A stretch of 64,000 nucleotides of DNA from Planctomycetaceae bacterium (GTDB lineage Bacteria; Planctomycetota; Planctomycetia; Pirellulales; UBA1268): positions 13,922 to 77,921 of the forward strand of contig WTHB01000164.1 of NCBI GenBank assembly GCA_011523305.1, read 5' to 3'. Each line of letters begins with the position of its first letter. Position 1 is the stretch's first letter. A program made the translations under genes and the position numbers. Below are positions 36,129 through 46,093 of this stretch, piece after piece. A model generated the notes under the pieces. That model had not been told where the DNA came from, did no database searches, and saw only the letters and a program-made list of their open reading frames with translations.

Positions 36129-37279
36129 CGGTCCCCATCACCGGCTGCCAGCCGCTTGAAGTACTGTTCAATCGCCTCGCGATAGTGGGCCGGGTAGTCC
36201 CGCCCGATCTGCTGCAAGGCTTCTTCGCGTTCGCGGGGTGGCAGGGTGCCCCAGTCGTCGCCGTCGCCGAGGTCCCGGCTGGTTACCTCGCCGCGGCCTT
36301 TTCCACCAGCCAGTTGGCTATCTTCCATGGGCCGGCCGTCGCCGCCCGTGCCTCCTCCTCCGGCACCGCTGGCAGCCTGTTGCTGTTGCTGCTTGTCTTC
36401 CAGTTTTTTGATCAGCTTGTCGAGGGAATCGATCACGCCATCCTGCACCGCCCGGAGCCGGGGGCCTGCATGGCCGAGATCAAGCCGGCGGGTGATGTCC
36501 CGCATCCGTCGCGAGATGTGATCGAGAGAATCCTGTTCGAGGCTGGCGAGATCGGCCTCCAGCAGGAGCGCGAGTTGGCGGTACCGAACGGGAATGATCT
36601 CTTCCCGTTCCAACAGCCGGGCGAGCGATTCTTCAGCGGCCTCCGTTTGCAGCAGCCAATACTGACAAGCGGCGCGGCAAAACAGCAGCGTGGCCGGGTC
36701 AGGGCTTGTGGAGACAGAGAGCTTTACCAAGAGTGGCGTCGCTTCGTCGTAGCGGCCGTGCCGTACCAGTTGCCGGGCCGTCCAGAGGGCCGCGACCTGC
36801 CGGCCGAAGTCGGTGCCTGCGGATGGGTCGAACCGCTCGGTGAACGCGGCGACCGTGGCGGGTGACAGGTGGTCACCCTCTTGTTGCAGCGGTCGATACT
36901 CGGCCGCACTCTCGGCGACCGCCTGGAGGAGTCTGTCGAGTCGATCAGGCGGCGTGCCACTGGCCCACTTGGTTTCGGCAGCGGCCTGCCGCGCGGGCGT
37001 GATGCCCGGGAGCGTGGCCAGCCAGCCCGCGAGCTGGTCTGCCAGCACGGGGTCGGACGGCTGTGTCCAGCTGGCGGGACGGGCGAGTTCGGCAGCCTCC
37101 GCCACGTCGGTCACCGGAGCCGGGGCCGCCTGAGCAAGCGACGCCAGCACCAGCCAGGCTGTCGGCAGGCACCAGCCAACCGGTACCAGCCCGGTGCGGC
37201 GTCGGGGCGATGGCAGCGGACGCATTTCCGGACTCCTCTGGCGTAGGCGAGACGATGCCTGCGGTGTGATCGCATTCAT
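36125..37279 (-). CDS. hypothetical secreted protein with Gln/Gly-rich linker and conserved-looking C-terminal helix
   Basis: ATG at 37277-37279 (alternative ATG at 37225). Signal-like LVPVGWCLPTAWLVLASLAQAAPA. Linker KQQQQQAASGAGGGGTGGDG. The C-terminus WGTLPPREREEALQQIGRDYPAHYREAIEQYFKRLA is a type of ending I associate with proteins found beside DUF4175/Bat-like clusters (from memory, unverified). Confidence 0.65.
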   Translation of the reverse strand: MNAITPQASSRLRQRSPEMRPLPSPRRRTGLVPVGWCLPTAWLVLASLAQAAPAPVTDVAEAAELARPASWTQPSDPVLADQLAGWLATLPGITPARQAAAETKWASGTPPDRLDRLLQAVAESAAEYRPLQQEGDHLSPATVAAFTERFDPSAGTDFGRQVAALWTARQLVRHGRYDEATPLLVKLSVSTSPDPATLLFCRAACQYWLLQTEAAEESLARLLEREEIIPVRYRQLALLLEADLASLEQDSLDHISRRMRDITRRLDLGHAGPRLRAVQDGVIDSLDKLIKKLEDKQQQQQAASGAGGGGTGGDGRPMEDSQLAGGKGRGEVTSRDLGDGDDWGTLPPREREEALQQIGRDYPAHYREAIEQYFKRLAAGDGDR

Positions 37280-37306
37280 TCGGATTATACCCGGCGGGCC
37301 CCAGGG

Positions 37307-38971
37307 TTACTCGGTCCGGCCGGAGGCGATGTCGTGGGCGGCCCGCTCGATGCGTTCCTGCCGCGAAGCGAGCCGGCCCAAGGCCTCAACCAGCTCGGAC
37401 TCGGCCGCATATTCGTCGCCTTCGTCGAGCAGTTGCGAAAACCGCGCGGTTCGCCGATTGACCCGTGTCTGCAGCGTTCGCAGCATCTTCAGTTCGGCGA
37501 TGGTATCGACCAATGGCTGCTCGCCCGGTTCAGCGGGCCGGCCACCGGCCGGGTTTCCCTGTTGCCGTTCCTGCTGCTTCCGCTCAGCCTGCTCCAACGC
37601 TGCCAGTAGTTCTTCGAGGCCCAGCACAAGATCTTCGACTGTCGCCCGCGTCAGGCCACTAAGATCGGCCTGCTTGAGCCGCCCGGCTGCCGTGAGGGAG
37701 TCGCCACGGATCTGTTCCAACGCTTCAGGAATGGCCACCGCTGACCCATCGTCGCGAACGAGGGTCAACGCCCGGGTGGCAGCTGCGGTGATGGCGTCCT
37801 GCTCGCGGCCGAGTCGGGCCGATTCAAGGTCGCGCTCCCGCTTGCTCGCTCCGGCTTCATTTGCTGTCAACTGGTCGATGCCGCGGAGGACAGCCCGCTC
37901 GGCCCGCAGCATCTCACGGACCCGAGTTTCGAGTTTGACGAGTAGCCGTTCGATCTCTTCTTCCCGCAGTTGCCGGAGGATCTCCTCAAGTTCGGCACGG
38001 GCCGCCTCGAGTTCGGCCAACGCCTGATCCTGTTCTTCCCTCGCCTCAGCTCGTTGGGCTTGCTCGAGCCGGTCACGGGCCTGCTGCATGCGTGACTCGG
38101 CAGCAGCGAGGCGGCGGCTGGTCCGGTCAGCCCGCGCGGCCTCATCATCGCCCTCTGGTTCAGCGGTGGCTTCGGACGCAGGCTCATCCTGTTCGGTGCC
38201 CTCGGGAGAGCCCGACGGCGGTTGCCCGTCACGGCTGCTCGGCGCGCCGGAAGGAGTGCCCTCGGTCGGCGGCTGGTCGTCGCGACCCTCCCCATCCGGC
38301 TGCGGAGGCTGAGGCTGTCCCGGCTGCGGCAGGCCCAAGGCCGCCTTGGTCTCATCCCGGAATCGTTCGACATCGGTGGCCAGCGTGTCAGTCTCGGCGG
38401 CGAGTTCGGCCTGCTCGGTGGCGATGGCGTCGGGGTCACCGCCTGACTCCGTGGTTCCTTCCAGCCCCCGCTGGCGGGCGATCAACGCATTGATGCGGCT
38501 GAGGAACTGCTTGACCTCTTCTTTTGAGTCGGTCACCGTGCGCCGGCTTTCGCCCGCCTCCAGCATTGCCAATAACTGACGCAGCCGTTCCAGGGCGGTC
38601 TCCTGTCCCGTGCCGGCCTTGAGGAGTTGGCCGGCTTCCAGCAGGTCGACAATGGCGTCGAGTCGGTTGGTGACGTCGCTCTCGCGGGCCTGCTCAAAGG
38701 CGGCCCGCAGGGTGGCGGCCCGGCGCGGGTCCGTTGTGGCCAGCAGGTCGGCCAGCCGCAGAAAGGTGGCTTCGAGTTCCCGCATCTGGCGGCTGACGGC
38801 CCGCTCGCGTTCCGCCAGTTGTTCCAGTGGCTCAGTGGCCCCAAGAATCGTGCCGGCCATGGCGAGGCAAACTCCGGTCAGAAGCCACCCTGCCCTGTTG
38901 TGTTTCATGTCCAGATCTCCCCCGCCAAGGCTTCGCGCTCGTCCCGACTGGTTGGTCACGTCTGTCGGCAC
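37307..38971 (-). CDS. secreted coiled-coil protein, Glu/Arg/Ala-rich with Pro/Gly/Glu disordered insert
   Basis: The tracked start is GTG 38971. ATG at 38906-38908, preceded by GGGGGAG at 8-nt spacing, gives the signal-like MKHNRAGWLLTGVCLAMAGTILG and is the more likely start. Long heptad-like stretches (ELEAARAELEEILRQLREEEIERLLVKLETRVREML). Insert is PQPGQPQPPQPDGEGRDDQPPTEGTPSGAPSSRDGQPPSGSPEG. Confidence 0.7.
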   Translation of the reverse strand: MPTDVTNQSGRARSLGGGDLDMKHNRAGWLLTGVCLAMAGTILGATEPLEQLAERERAVSRQMRELEATFLRLADLLATTDPRRAATLRAAFEQARESDVTNRLDAIVDLLEAGQLLKAGTGQETALERLRQLLAMLEAGESRRTVTDSKEEVKQFLSRINALIARQRGLEGTTESGGDPDAIATEQAELAAETDTLATDVERFRDETKAALGLPQPGQPQPPQPDGEGRDDQPPTEGTPSGAPSSRDGQPPSGSPEGTEQDEPASEATAEPEGDDEAARADRTSRRLAAAESRMQQARDRLEQAQRAEAREEQDQALAELEAARAELEEILRQLREEEIERLLVKLETRVREMLRAERAVLRGIDQLTANEAGASKRERDLESARLGREQDAITAAATRALTLVRDDGSAVAIPEALEQIRGDSLTAAGRLKQADLSGLTRATVEDLVLGLEELLAALEQAERKQQERQQGNPAGGRPAEPGEQPLVDTIAELKMLRTLQTRVNRRTARFSQLLDEGDEYAAESELVEALGRLASRQERIERAAHDIASGRTE

Positions 38972-38975
38972 CTCG

Positions 38976-41315
38976 TTACAGCCCCCGCAAGGCTTCGCGG
39001 GCCCGTTGCTTGCGTTGCTGCTCGGTTTCCCCCCGGATCGCCTCCTGCTGATCGATCAATGTTCGCAACGAGTCGACCACTTCGTTGAAGGTTTCCAACT
39101 CAATCATCTTATCGAGAACACTGCGGAGGCGACGAAGACATTCATCGGTCAGCGGAAGCAGGCGGGCCAGTGACGGTTGCTCGGGTTGGTCAGGAGGAGC
39201 AGGCCGACAGGCGTCTGCCAGCTGGGTCAGCGGGCCGGCGACGATTTCCTCCAGCGGATTGGCAATCTGGGCGACGAGCCGGCCTTCGAGTTCAGCGGTC
39301 AGTAGGGCATTGTTGGCCAGTTCCTGGGCAATGCCCCGAAAGCTGGTGGCAATGTCACTGGTCTCACCGGCAGCTCGGGCAACCGCATCTGCCAGTCGGG
39401 CCCGCGTCTGTTCCGCCTCAGGCGGTTGAGCAGACTGGCCGTCTGGAGAAGCGAGGCGGTCGCGGCTCTGTTGGAAGTCGGCCAGTAGACTTTCAAACCG
39501 ACGGCGGAGGATGATCTCTCGGGCTTCAAGCATTGCCTGTAGTTTTTCTGGAGGGACCACCTCAAGCGTCCACGGATCGGTGAGGCTTGTCTGCGGGCCG
39601 CTGGCCAGCCCACAGCGATCCTCCGCCGAGACGACGATCTCAAGCCGGTCACCGATGGCCGCCTCAACCGCAGCGACGTGGACAGTCGCCGGGCTGTCTC
39701 GGGAGAGCGTGACCAGGCTGGCCGCAGTGGCTAGCGGCAGGGACTGTTCGGTGACGGTGGGTGCTGCCCCGTCGGCAGGCAGTCGTTTGCTGCGAATGGT
39801 TGTCTGGCCCAACGCGTGGTCGTCTTCAATGGTGCCGATCAGAGGAATGACAGCCTGCTGGGTCACCACTGCCGAGATGTCGGCCAAGGCCAGGGAGAGC
39901 CGGGGCGGTTCGTCGGGGCGGGCGAGCACCTGCAGGCGAATGGGCTGCTGGTTCTTGATACCGGCGGTGTCGGTGAAGGCGACATCGATCACGGTATCGG
40001 CCAGCACCGGGCCGACCGTACCGGCAATCTGTCGCAGGCTGGTGTGGCCGTCGGTGGAGGCAGCAGCGGCTGGTGCGGTGGTGGCCGTTTCTGTGGCGAT
40101 GATATGCGGTGTTGGTGCCGCCGCAGGGGCATTGTCAGCCGCCGGAAGGTCAGCCAGGACGGCCTCTGCCAGCGGCTTGGATGCCGTCGCCGTCAACGTG
40201 AGCGTCGCCCCCTGCGGGACCTCGACCAGGCGGGAAGCGGGCAGTGGTCGCGGCCCACCACCAATGTAATCCGGAGGTGTCATTAGGAGGTCGAGACTGG
40301 CCAGTGTGGGAGGCTCAATGGCCAGAATCGTCAGGCCCCGCAGGCGGGCGTCGCCCCCGCGGATATCGAGCGTGGTGTCGTCGGTGATGCCCCGCAGCGT
40401 GTGGATGTATTCCTGTTGCGTCTCGCTGCGGCTGCCCCGGGTGCCCATGCGGGCGGTTGCCCAGCCTCCGCTGCTGCGGGAACGCAGTTCGACGACCGCC
40501 GGAGGGCCGCTGGCCGCATTGGCGGTCACCACCACCTCGACGTCACTCCCGCGGGCTACGCGGCGAACGCCGTCGGGAAAGTCGGCGACGGTGAGGGTGA
40601 CCCGCCGGGGCCAGGGGGCCTCATCAAAAAGCACCATTCGCCGCCACCAATGCTCGCGGATCACCGGCACCAAGACGAGGACTGCAACGACCATGCCGAC
40701 AGCAAAGCCGGCTCCTCCAGCCAGCCGTAGCAGTCGGGAGCGTTTGAACAGCCGGGGCACGCGAACCTGGCTGAGAGCAGCTGCCGCGGCGGCCGTGGTG
40801 CGAGCCAGCAACGCCTGGTCAAGGGGCTGGTCAGGATCGGCGGCACGGGCATCGAGTTCAATCGCTGTGGAAAGACTGTCGGCAAGTTCAGGGTGGGTGC
40901 GTTCCACCAACAGGGCCAGCGGCTCATCCCGCAGGTGCGTCCGCAGACGACCAACAAGGCGGAGGGCGATGATGCCGCCGAGCCAGAAGACCAGGCCTGC
41001 CGCTGCCATGATCCGAACGCCGCCAGGCGGCTCGATAAGCCAGTCGAGACAGAGTGTTGTCCAGAACCAGCCCGCCGCTGCCAAACAACTCAGGGCGAGT
41101 GCCTCGATCCAGATCCAGCGGCGGGCCTGCCGCCGCACGCGGTCAAGGAACCGCCGGATCCGCGCAAGGTCGGCAGACCGAGTTCCACCAGATGGTGGCG
41201 GTGTGGCAGGCACAGGCTGGGAGGCAGGAGTCATGAAACGATGGTGGGGGAAGAGGCGGCGTCTCAGGCCAGGTGAATGAGTTAGGCAAGTCGAACCAGA
41301 CGGCGAAGAGTCCAT
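38976..41315 (-). CDS. DUF4175-like membrane protein (N-terminal double-TM, long extracytoplasmic region)
   Basis: ATG at 41315 overlaps the upstream gene by 34 nt. ATG at 41234 is the alternative. N-terminus is RRFLDRVRRQARRWIWIEALALSCLAAAGWFW...AAAGLVFWLGGIIALRLV. A third helix is GGAGFAVGMVVAVLVLVPVI. The C-terminus is helical. DUF4175 assignment is by architecture and context only. Confidence 0.7.
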   Translation of the reverse strand: MDSSPSGSTCLTHSPGLRRRLFPHHRFMTPASQPVPATPPPSGGTRSADLARIRRFLDRVRRQARRWIWIEALALSCLAAAGWFWTTLCLDWLIEPPGGVRIMAAAGLVFWLGGIIALRLVGRLRTHLRDEPLALLVERTHPELADSLSTAIELDARAADPDQPLDQALLARTTAAAAAALSQVRVPRLFKRSRLLRLAGGAGFAVGMVVAVLVLVPVIREHWWRRMVLFDEAPWPRRVTLTVADFPDGVRRVARGSDVEVVVTANAASGPPAVVELRSRSSGGWATARMGTRGSRSETQQEYIHTLRGITDDTTLDIRGGDARLRGLTILAIEPPTLASLDLLMTPPDYIGGGPRPLPASRLVEVPQGATLTLTATASKPLAEAVLADLPAADNAPAAAPTPHIIATETATTAPAAAASTDGHTSLRQIAGTVGPVLADTVIDVAFTDTAGIKNQQPIRLQVLARPDEPPRLSLALADISAVVTQQAVIPLIGTIEDDHALGQTTIRSKRLPADGAAPTVTEQSLPLATAASLVTLSRDSPATVHVAAVEAAIGDRLEIVVSAEDRCGLASGPQTSLTDPWTLEVVPPEKLQAMLEAREIILRRRFESLLADFQQSRDRLASPDGQSAQPPEAEQTRARLADAVARAAGETSDIATSFRGIAQELANNALLTAELEGRLVAQIANPLEEIVAGPLTQLADACRPAPPDQPEQPSLARLLPLTDECLRRLRSVLDKMIELETFNEVVDSLRTLIDQQEAIRGETEQQRKQRAREALRGL

Positions 41316-43786
41316 TCCAGGCAGACCAGTCCAATGCCCGTGGCCAGCAGGACCGCATTGAGCAAGCGTTTGAAGTCCGTATCAACCGCGCCCCGTTCGT
41401 ATTCACGTCGGGACCGGTCGGGGAGCGTCTCAAGCAGCCGGGCTGTATCAGCTGCGGACCAGGCCGCGTCGGTGAGGAACCGGGAGTCGCCGCCGGTAGC
41501 CGTCGCAAGTTGTTCCAGCAGTGGTCGTTCAAGTTTTGGGCGGGCGAGTTCCCGATCAGGCAGCGTGGCCTGAAGCCGACGGACGACCTGGCTGGTGTGA
41601 TCATCGTCAATGGTGAGGGCGAGCCGCCAGCTGCCCTCATTCGCCGCGATGAAACTTCCTTGGCGAACATCCGGACGAACGGGGTCGTCCTGGAGTGGCA
41701 CCGGAAGGCTCTGTCCCTCAGGAGTGATCACCTGGAGTTCGAGTCGCCTGTCTGGGGTGTCGGAAAGAACCCGCACCACCACGGTCTCACCGACCGGGAA
41801 GCGGTCGCGTTCCAGCAGCAGGCGGCCCCGGCTTGAGCCTCGGAGCAGCCGTCCTTGGGCAACATGCCGGACGAGCTGGGTGACCAGGCGCTCATAGGCG
41901 GTTGGATCAACACCGCGAAGCCGCCAGAGCTCACTGCTCCCACTGTAGAAGACGGTGCCTGACCCGTAGAGGTGGCCGGCAAAGTAGATGGGGTCCTGCC
42001 CTGCCAGACTGAGGCCGTCCGGCTGCCCGAGCCGGGCGTAGACCGTTGCCCCTGGCTTGGCGGTGATGGTGTCAAAGCAGGCGTAGACCCCTGGGAACTC
42101 AGCCCACAGGGTTTGACTGGCAATTCGGTTGGGGGTCAGCCAGAGGAACTCGGCGTCCTCTCCATCGGGGCTGAACCGCAGTGGTCGTGGGTCACTGGCA
42201 CTGTTCTGCCGAGTGAGCAGCAATCGCTCACCCCGCCGCAATTCAACCGGATGGAGATTGCGAATCGATTCGCATTGGTTATCGGTGAGCCAGCTCTCCA
42301 TGAACACGCCGCCGGCCATCAGCAGCAGCCCACCCGAGTCACGGGAGACCCACCGTTCCAGCCGAGCGCGGGCTGCCGGATCGAACTGGTGCCAGTCACA
42401 GTCAATCGCCACCACCACGTCATAAGCATCGAGGGCTTCGGCCGTTGCGGGGAACGCTGTGAGAATCTGCCGGGCATCCTGCGACAGGCCCGGGCGGGCT
42501 GACCCCAGCAGGACATCAACGGCAACGCTTCGGTCCCGGGTGAGAACGTTGCGCAGGAACCGGTACTCGCGTCCTGGACCACCTGCGAGCAGCAGCACAT
42601 TTGTGGCACTTTCGACCACTTCAATATCGGCCGCTTCGAGGTTGTCACCAGCGCGACTGTCAGCCGCCGGAGGCACAACCCGGATCGCCAGGGCTCGACT
42701 CCCGGGTTTATCCAGCCCGTCAAGATCAAACCGGACTGCCAGCAGATCACCATCGCCAGCCAGGCGAACTTCAGTGGTGTCGAGGATCGTCCCACTCGGC
42801 TGATTCGAGCCGACTGGTGGCACGGTTTCATCGGTCAGGACGAGTTCGACACGGGCCGTCTGGCCTTCCAGTCCCTGTGCCTGGAGGTAGCCAGTGACGC
42901 TGAACCGGTCGCCGGGAAAGACCCGCGCCGGTGCAAGCAGGTCTGCCACCCGCACGTTGCTCGGTAGATGCTCTGAACCGAGACCAATCGGGTGGACCGC
43001 CACCTTGGCATCGCCGCAGGCCGCTGCTGCCCGGAGGGGGTCAACACCTGCGTTACTGCCGCCATCGGTCAGCAGCAGGATGCCAGCGAGTGACTCGCCT
43101 TGTTCGCGGCGGAGGGTTTCCAGCAGGGCTTCCCCAAGTCGCGTCTCACTCCCCTGAGGAAGGATCGCGTCCTGCCAGTCGTCCGGTGGCTCAGCGGTTG
43201 CTCCCGAATTGCTGTCTGGAGCGGCGAGTGGAAACACCGTGACCGGCTCAAGGCCAGTCGCGAACTGCCAGACGGCCACCTCATGCCGGCCGCGGAGTGC
43301 CTCCACCAGGCCACCCTCCGTGAGCAGGGTGCGGGCGATTGTGGCCCGACTGGCGGCGGCCTCCGGTGGGGACGGACTGGTGGTGGCTGGAGTGGTCGCG
43401 GTCAGCGTCATGCTGGCGCTGGCATCAACAAGCACGGCAACCCGGGACGGAAACTGCAGTTCATGTTCCGCCGTTCGCTGCAGATCGAGCAGGGCGACAA
43501 GCAGGATGCCGAGGAGGCCGACCCGCAGGACTGCCAGGGGCACCCCCTGCCACCGCGGCACCCCCGCGGCATCGTGGTGGTAGATCCACAGCACGAGGCC
43601 GAGCACGGCCGTCACGCCCAGCACCAATGCCGGCATCTGCCACCACTCGGTGAAACTGTCGGCCAGCCCGCTGGAGAGGCGGTAGGCAACCTGCTCGGCC
43701 ACAGCCGGAAGAGGTGACAGAGGGAGTGAAGAAAAGACAAGCATGAATGACAAGGAGAGGATGGGGGGGCAGAAGTGGATGGCCAA
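41282..43786 (-). CDS. VWA(MIDAS)-domain membrane protein, Bat-like
   Basis: Start is TTG 43786 (6 nt after the upstream stop) or ATG 43744. N-terminal TM helices are PALVLGVTAVLGLVLWIY and LAVLRVGLLGILLVALL. MIDAS-type RVAVLVDASASMTL and GILLLTDGGSNAG. C-terminal TM is LLNAVLLATGIGLVCLEW. Confidence 0.8.
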   Translation of the reverse strand: MAIHFCPPILSLSFMLVFSSLPLSPLPAVAEQVAYRLSSGLADSFTEWWQMPALVLGVTAVLGLVLWIYHHDAAGVPRWQGVPLAVLRVGLLGILLVALLDLQRTAEHELQFPSRVAVLVDASASMTLTATTPATTSPSPPEAAASRATIARTLLTEGGLVEALRGRHEVAVWQFATGLEPVTVFPLAAPDSNSGATAEPPDDWQDAILPQGSETRLGEALLETLRREQGESLAGILLLTDGGSNAGVDPLRAAAACGDAKVAVHPIGLGSEHLPSNVRVADLLAPARVFPGDRFSVTGYLQAQGLEGQTARVELVLTDETVPPVGSNQPSGTILDTTEVRLAGDGDLLAVRFDLDGLDKPGSRALAIRVVPPAADSRAGDNLEAADIEVVESATNVLLLAGGPGREYRFLRNVLTRDRSVAVDVLLGSARPGLSQDARQILTAFPATAEALDAYDVVVAIDCDWHQFDPAARARLERWVSRDSGGLLLMAGGVFMESWLTDNQCESIRNLHPVELRRGERLLLTRQNSASDPRPLRFSPDGEDAEFLWLTPNRIASQTLWAEFPGVYACFDTITAKPGATVYARLGQPDGLSLAGQDPIYFAGHLYGSGTVFYSGSSELWRLRGVDPTAYERLVTQLVRHVAQGRLLRGSSRGRLLLERDRFPVGETVVVRVLSDTPDRRLELQVITPEGQSLPVPLQDDPVRPDVRQGSFIAANEGSWRLALTIDDDHTSQVVRRLQATLPDRELARPKLERPLLEQLATATGGDSRFLTDAAWSAADTARLLETLPDRSRREYERGAVDTDFKRLLNAVLLATGIGLVCLEWTLRRLVRLA

Positions 43787-43792
43787 TGCGTG

Positions 43793-46093
43793 TCAGGGAC
43801 TGCTCCGCCGCACCGGATGGTAACTGACCACATAACTCACGAGTTGTTCCGCCAGGAGGATGCCGAGCAGCAGGAGCAGCAGGGGACGGAGGAGAGACGC
43901 CCCGCGGCCGCGGTCACCACTGGCCTGGAGGAGATCGGCACGATCATAGGTGAAGGGCACGCCGGCCAAGACGTCGCCAAGTTCGGCGGGTGAGAGACGA
44001 CTGAGGCTGCCTTCAGCCGGGTTGATGTTCACCGCAATGAGTTGCTCTCGCGATGTGCCATTGACCGTTTGCCAGCGAGCGGTGTAGCCACCGGGCGTGT
44101 CCGTTTCGGTCAACCGGGCGGCCAACTGGCCCGCATCCGTGGCAGCGGCCACCTGCCGCACCATCGCACCATGCGGCGGCAGTAGAAAGTCGACATCGAT
44201 TTGATCGATGCCCGGTTCAAGTGTGACGTCAAAGGGCTGCCCGACCAGAAGTTCGGTGTGCTGCTGCCGGAGGCGGGCCAGCTGGCCCTCAAGTTCGAGC
44301 ATGACCACAACCCAACTGGGATTGTTCCGTGCCCAATTGTTCCAGAGCGGACCGGCGGTCGTCAGAATCGCGACACCAAGGCCGTTGCCGAAGGGGCGTT
44401 CAACTGCGAGGGCGGCCCGATTCCGCAGTGACAGCAGTCGGCGAAAGCCACCGTCGGCGGGGGGCGTGTAACTGCGATCAATCGCCATGTAGCGGTCGAT
44501 CCGCACAGCATCGAGGAACGGGTTCCGGCGACCGCTGAGAATCGCGACGACCGGATGGGTTTCGGCAATGACATCGGGGGCTTCGGGATTGCGGGGATCG
44601 GGCAGCAGGTCGACCGCCCCGGCCAACGGGGCAGGAAAGAGGCCGTCGCCGTCGCGAAACAGCGATTGATTGATCGCGTCCGCGGACGTCGTCGGACCAG
44701 CAAAGAAGACGACACCACCGCCGGCTCGGGCATAGGTTTCCAGGGAAGCGATCTGGGCCGCGGTCAGCCGACCGACATCGACCAGCCAGATGGAGTCAAA
44801 CTGGCTGAGGTCAAGGGATGCCAAGGCCTGTGGCGGCTCGATGCGGGGCCGGAGGCCGGTGGCAGCGGCCCCGCCAGGGTTGAGCGCGGTGGCCAGGTAG
44901 AACGCGTCAGGGCTCTCCCTTCCTGCTCCGCTGGTTGAGGCGATGATCAGCACGTCAGCCTCGTCGACCACCTCGACGGCGGCAGTCCGCCGGTTGTCCT
45001 GTGCGAGTCGGTCGGGGGGAAGTTCGACCTCAACCAGATGGCCGCCCGCAGTCGGAAACCGGGATTCAAACCGCACCGTTGCAGTGTCGCCGGGAGGAAT
45101 GGCATCGACCTGTATCCCCGGGCGTTCCAGGCCGTCTTCGCGAATCGCCAGCGGCACCGGCCCGACTTCCGTGGTGCCCTGATTGCGGAGGGTGACCTGC
45201 CAGGGCAGCAGAACGTCGCTGGCGGGAACACCCCCGACCATTTCAATCCGCTCAACGGTCAGATTGGGCTGCTGCGTGGCGGGCTCCATGTCGGTGTCGG
45301 GGCCACCAACTGCAGCATCGACGAGATGGATCTCCACTCCCGCTGCGGCCAGGGGCTGCAGAATGTCGGCCATTGGTTCGGCTGTCTGCCAGTCGCGGCT
45401 GCGGAGGTCGGTGACGAGCCAGAGAACGCCCGCGGCCTGACCGTTCAAGAGTGGGGGAATGCTGCGGAGGGCATCGGTCGGCCCGGTGGCAGCGGCGGAA
45501 ATTCCCAGGCCATCCACAACCCGACGCAATGCCGGCAGATTCTGGGGTGAAATCAGCTCGTCACGCAGGTCGAACCGGTCAGACGGGGCCTCTTCTGTGG
45601 CCGGTGTGGCTGTCTCCAATGGTGCGGCCAGTTGTGAGCAACGTCCCACGGTGATGGTGTGGCGGCCCGGCGTTGCTGCCAGGTCGTCGAGCAGGCGGGC
45701 GACCATGCGGCGACCGCGGACGAAGGCGGTCAGGTCTTCTTCAGCCTCGTCAGGTGTTCCTGCCGCCAAGGTTTCGCCCATTGAGAAACTGTCGTCGAGC
45801 AGGACCACATGGGTCGTCTGCTGGCCGCCGAGCAGGCGTCCGAAACCGGCTGTCCAACGGGGTTGGGCGAGCAGGCCGACGAGGCCGACGATGGCCAGCA
45901 CCCGCAAGAGCAGCAGAAGCAACTGCTTCAACAGAATCTGGGTGCGGTATTTCCGCTGGCTGGCCAGCAGAAACTCCATGGTTGGCCAACGGACGACCTT
46001 GTGGCGGAGTAGGTTGATTAGGTGAATGACCACCGGTGCTGCCGCAAAGGGCAGCCCCCACCAAAGCAATGTTGTGAAGTCGAAGGTTGGCAT
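43793..46093 (-). CDS. BatA_N / TIGR02226-type N-terminal double-transmembrane protein with VWA-like region
   Basis: ATG at 46091-46093. Hallmark N-terminus is MPTFDFTTLLWWGLPFAAAPVVIHLINLLRHKVVRWPTMEFLL followed by LLLLLLRVLAIVGLVGLLAQP. DxSxS-like VVLLDDSFSMGE. C-terminal TM is LLRPLLLLLLGILLAEQLV. Confidence 0.82.
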   Translation of the reverse strand: MPTFDFTTLLWWGLPFAAAPVVIHLINLLRHKVVRWPTMEFLLASQRKYRTQILLKQLLLLLLRVLAIVGLVGLLAQPRWTAGFGRLLGGQQTTHVVLLDDSFSMGETLAAGTPDEAEEDLTAFVRGRRMVARLLDDLAATPGRHTITVGRCSQLAAPLETATPATEEAPSDRFDLRDELISPQNLPALRRVVDGLGISAAATGPTDALRSIPPLLNGQAAGVLWLVTDLRSRDWQTAEPMADILQPLAAAGVEIHLVDAAVGGPDTDMEPATQQPNLTVERIEMVGGVPASDVLLPWQVTLRNQGTTEVGPVPLAIREDGLERPGIQVDAIPPGDTATVRFESRFPTAGGHLVEVELPPDRLAQDNRRTAAVEVVDEADVLIIASTSGAGRESPDAFYLATALNPGGAAATGLRPRIEPPQALASLDLSQFDSIWLVDVGRLTAAQIASLETYARAGGGVVFFAGPTTSADAINQSLFRDGDGLFPAPLAGAVDLLPDPRNPEAPDVIAETHPVVAILSGRRNPFLDAVRIDRYMAIDRSYTPPADGGFRRLLSLRNRAALAVERPFGNGLGVAILTTAGPLWNNWARNNPSWVVVMLELEGQLARLRQQHTELLVGQPFDVTLEPGIDQIDVDFLLPPHGAMVRQVAAATDAGQLAARLTETDTPGGYTARWQTVNGTSREQLIAVNINPAEGSLSRLSPAELGDVLAGVPFTYDRADLLQASGDRGRGASLLRPLLLLLLGILLAEQLVSYVVSYHPVRRSSP

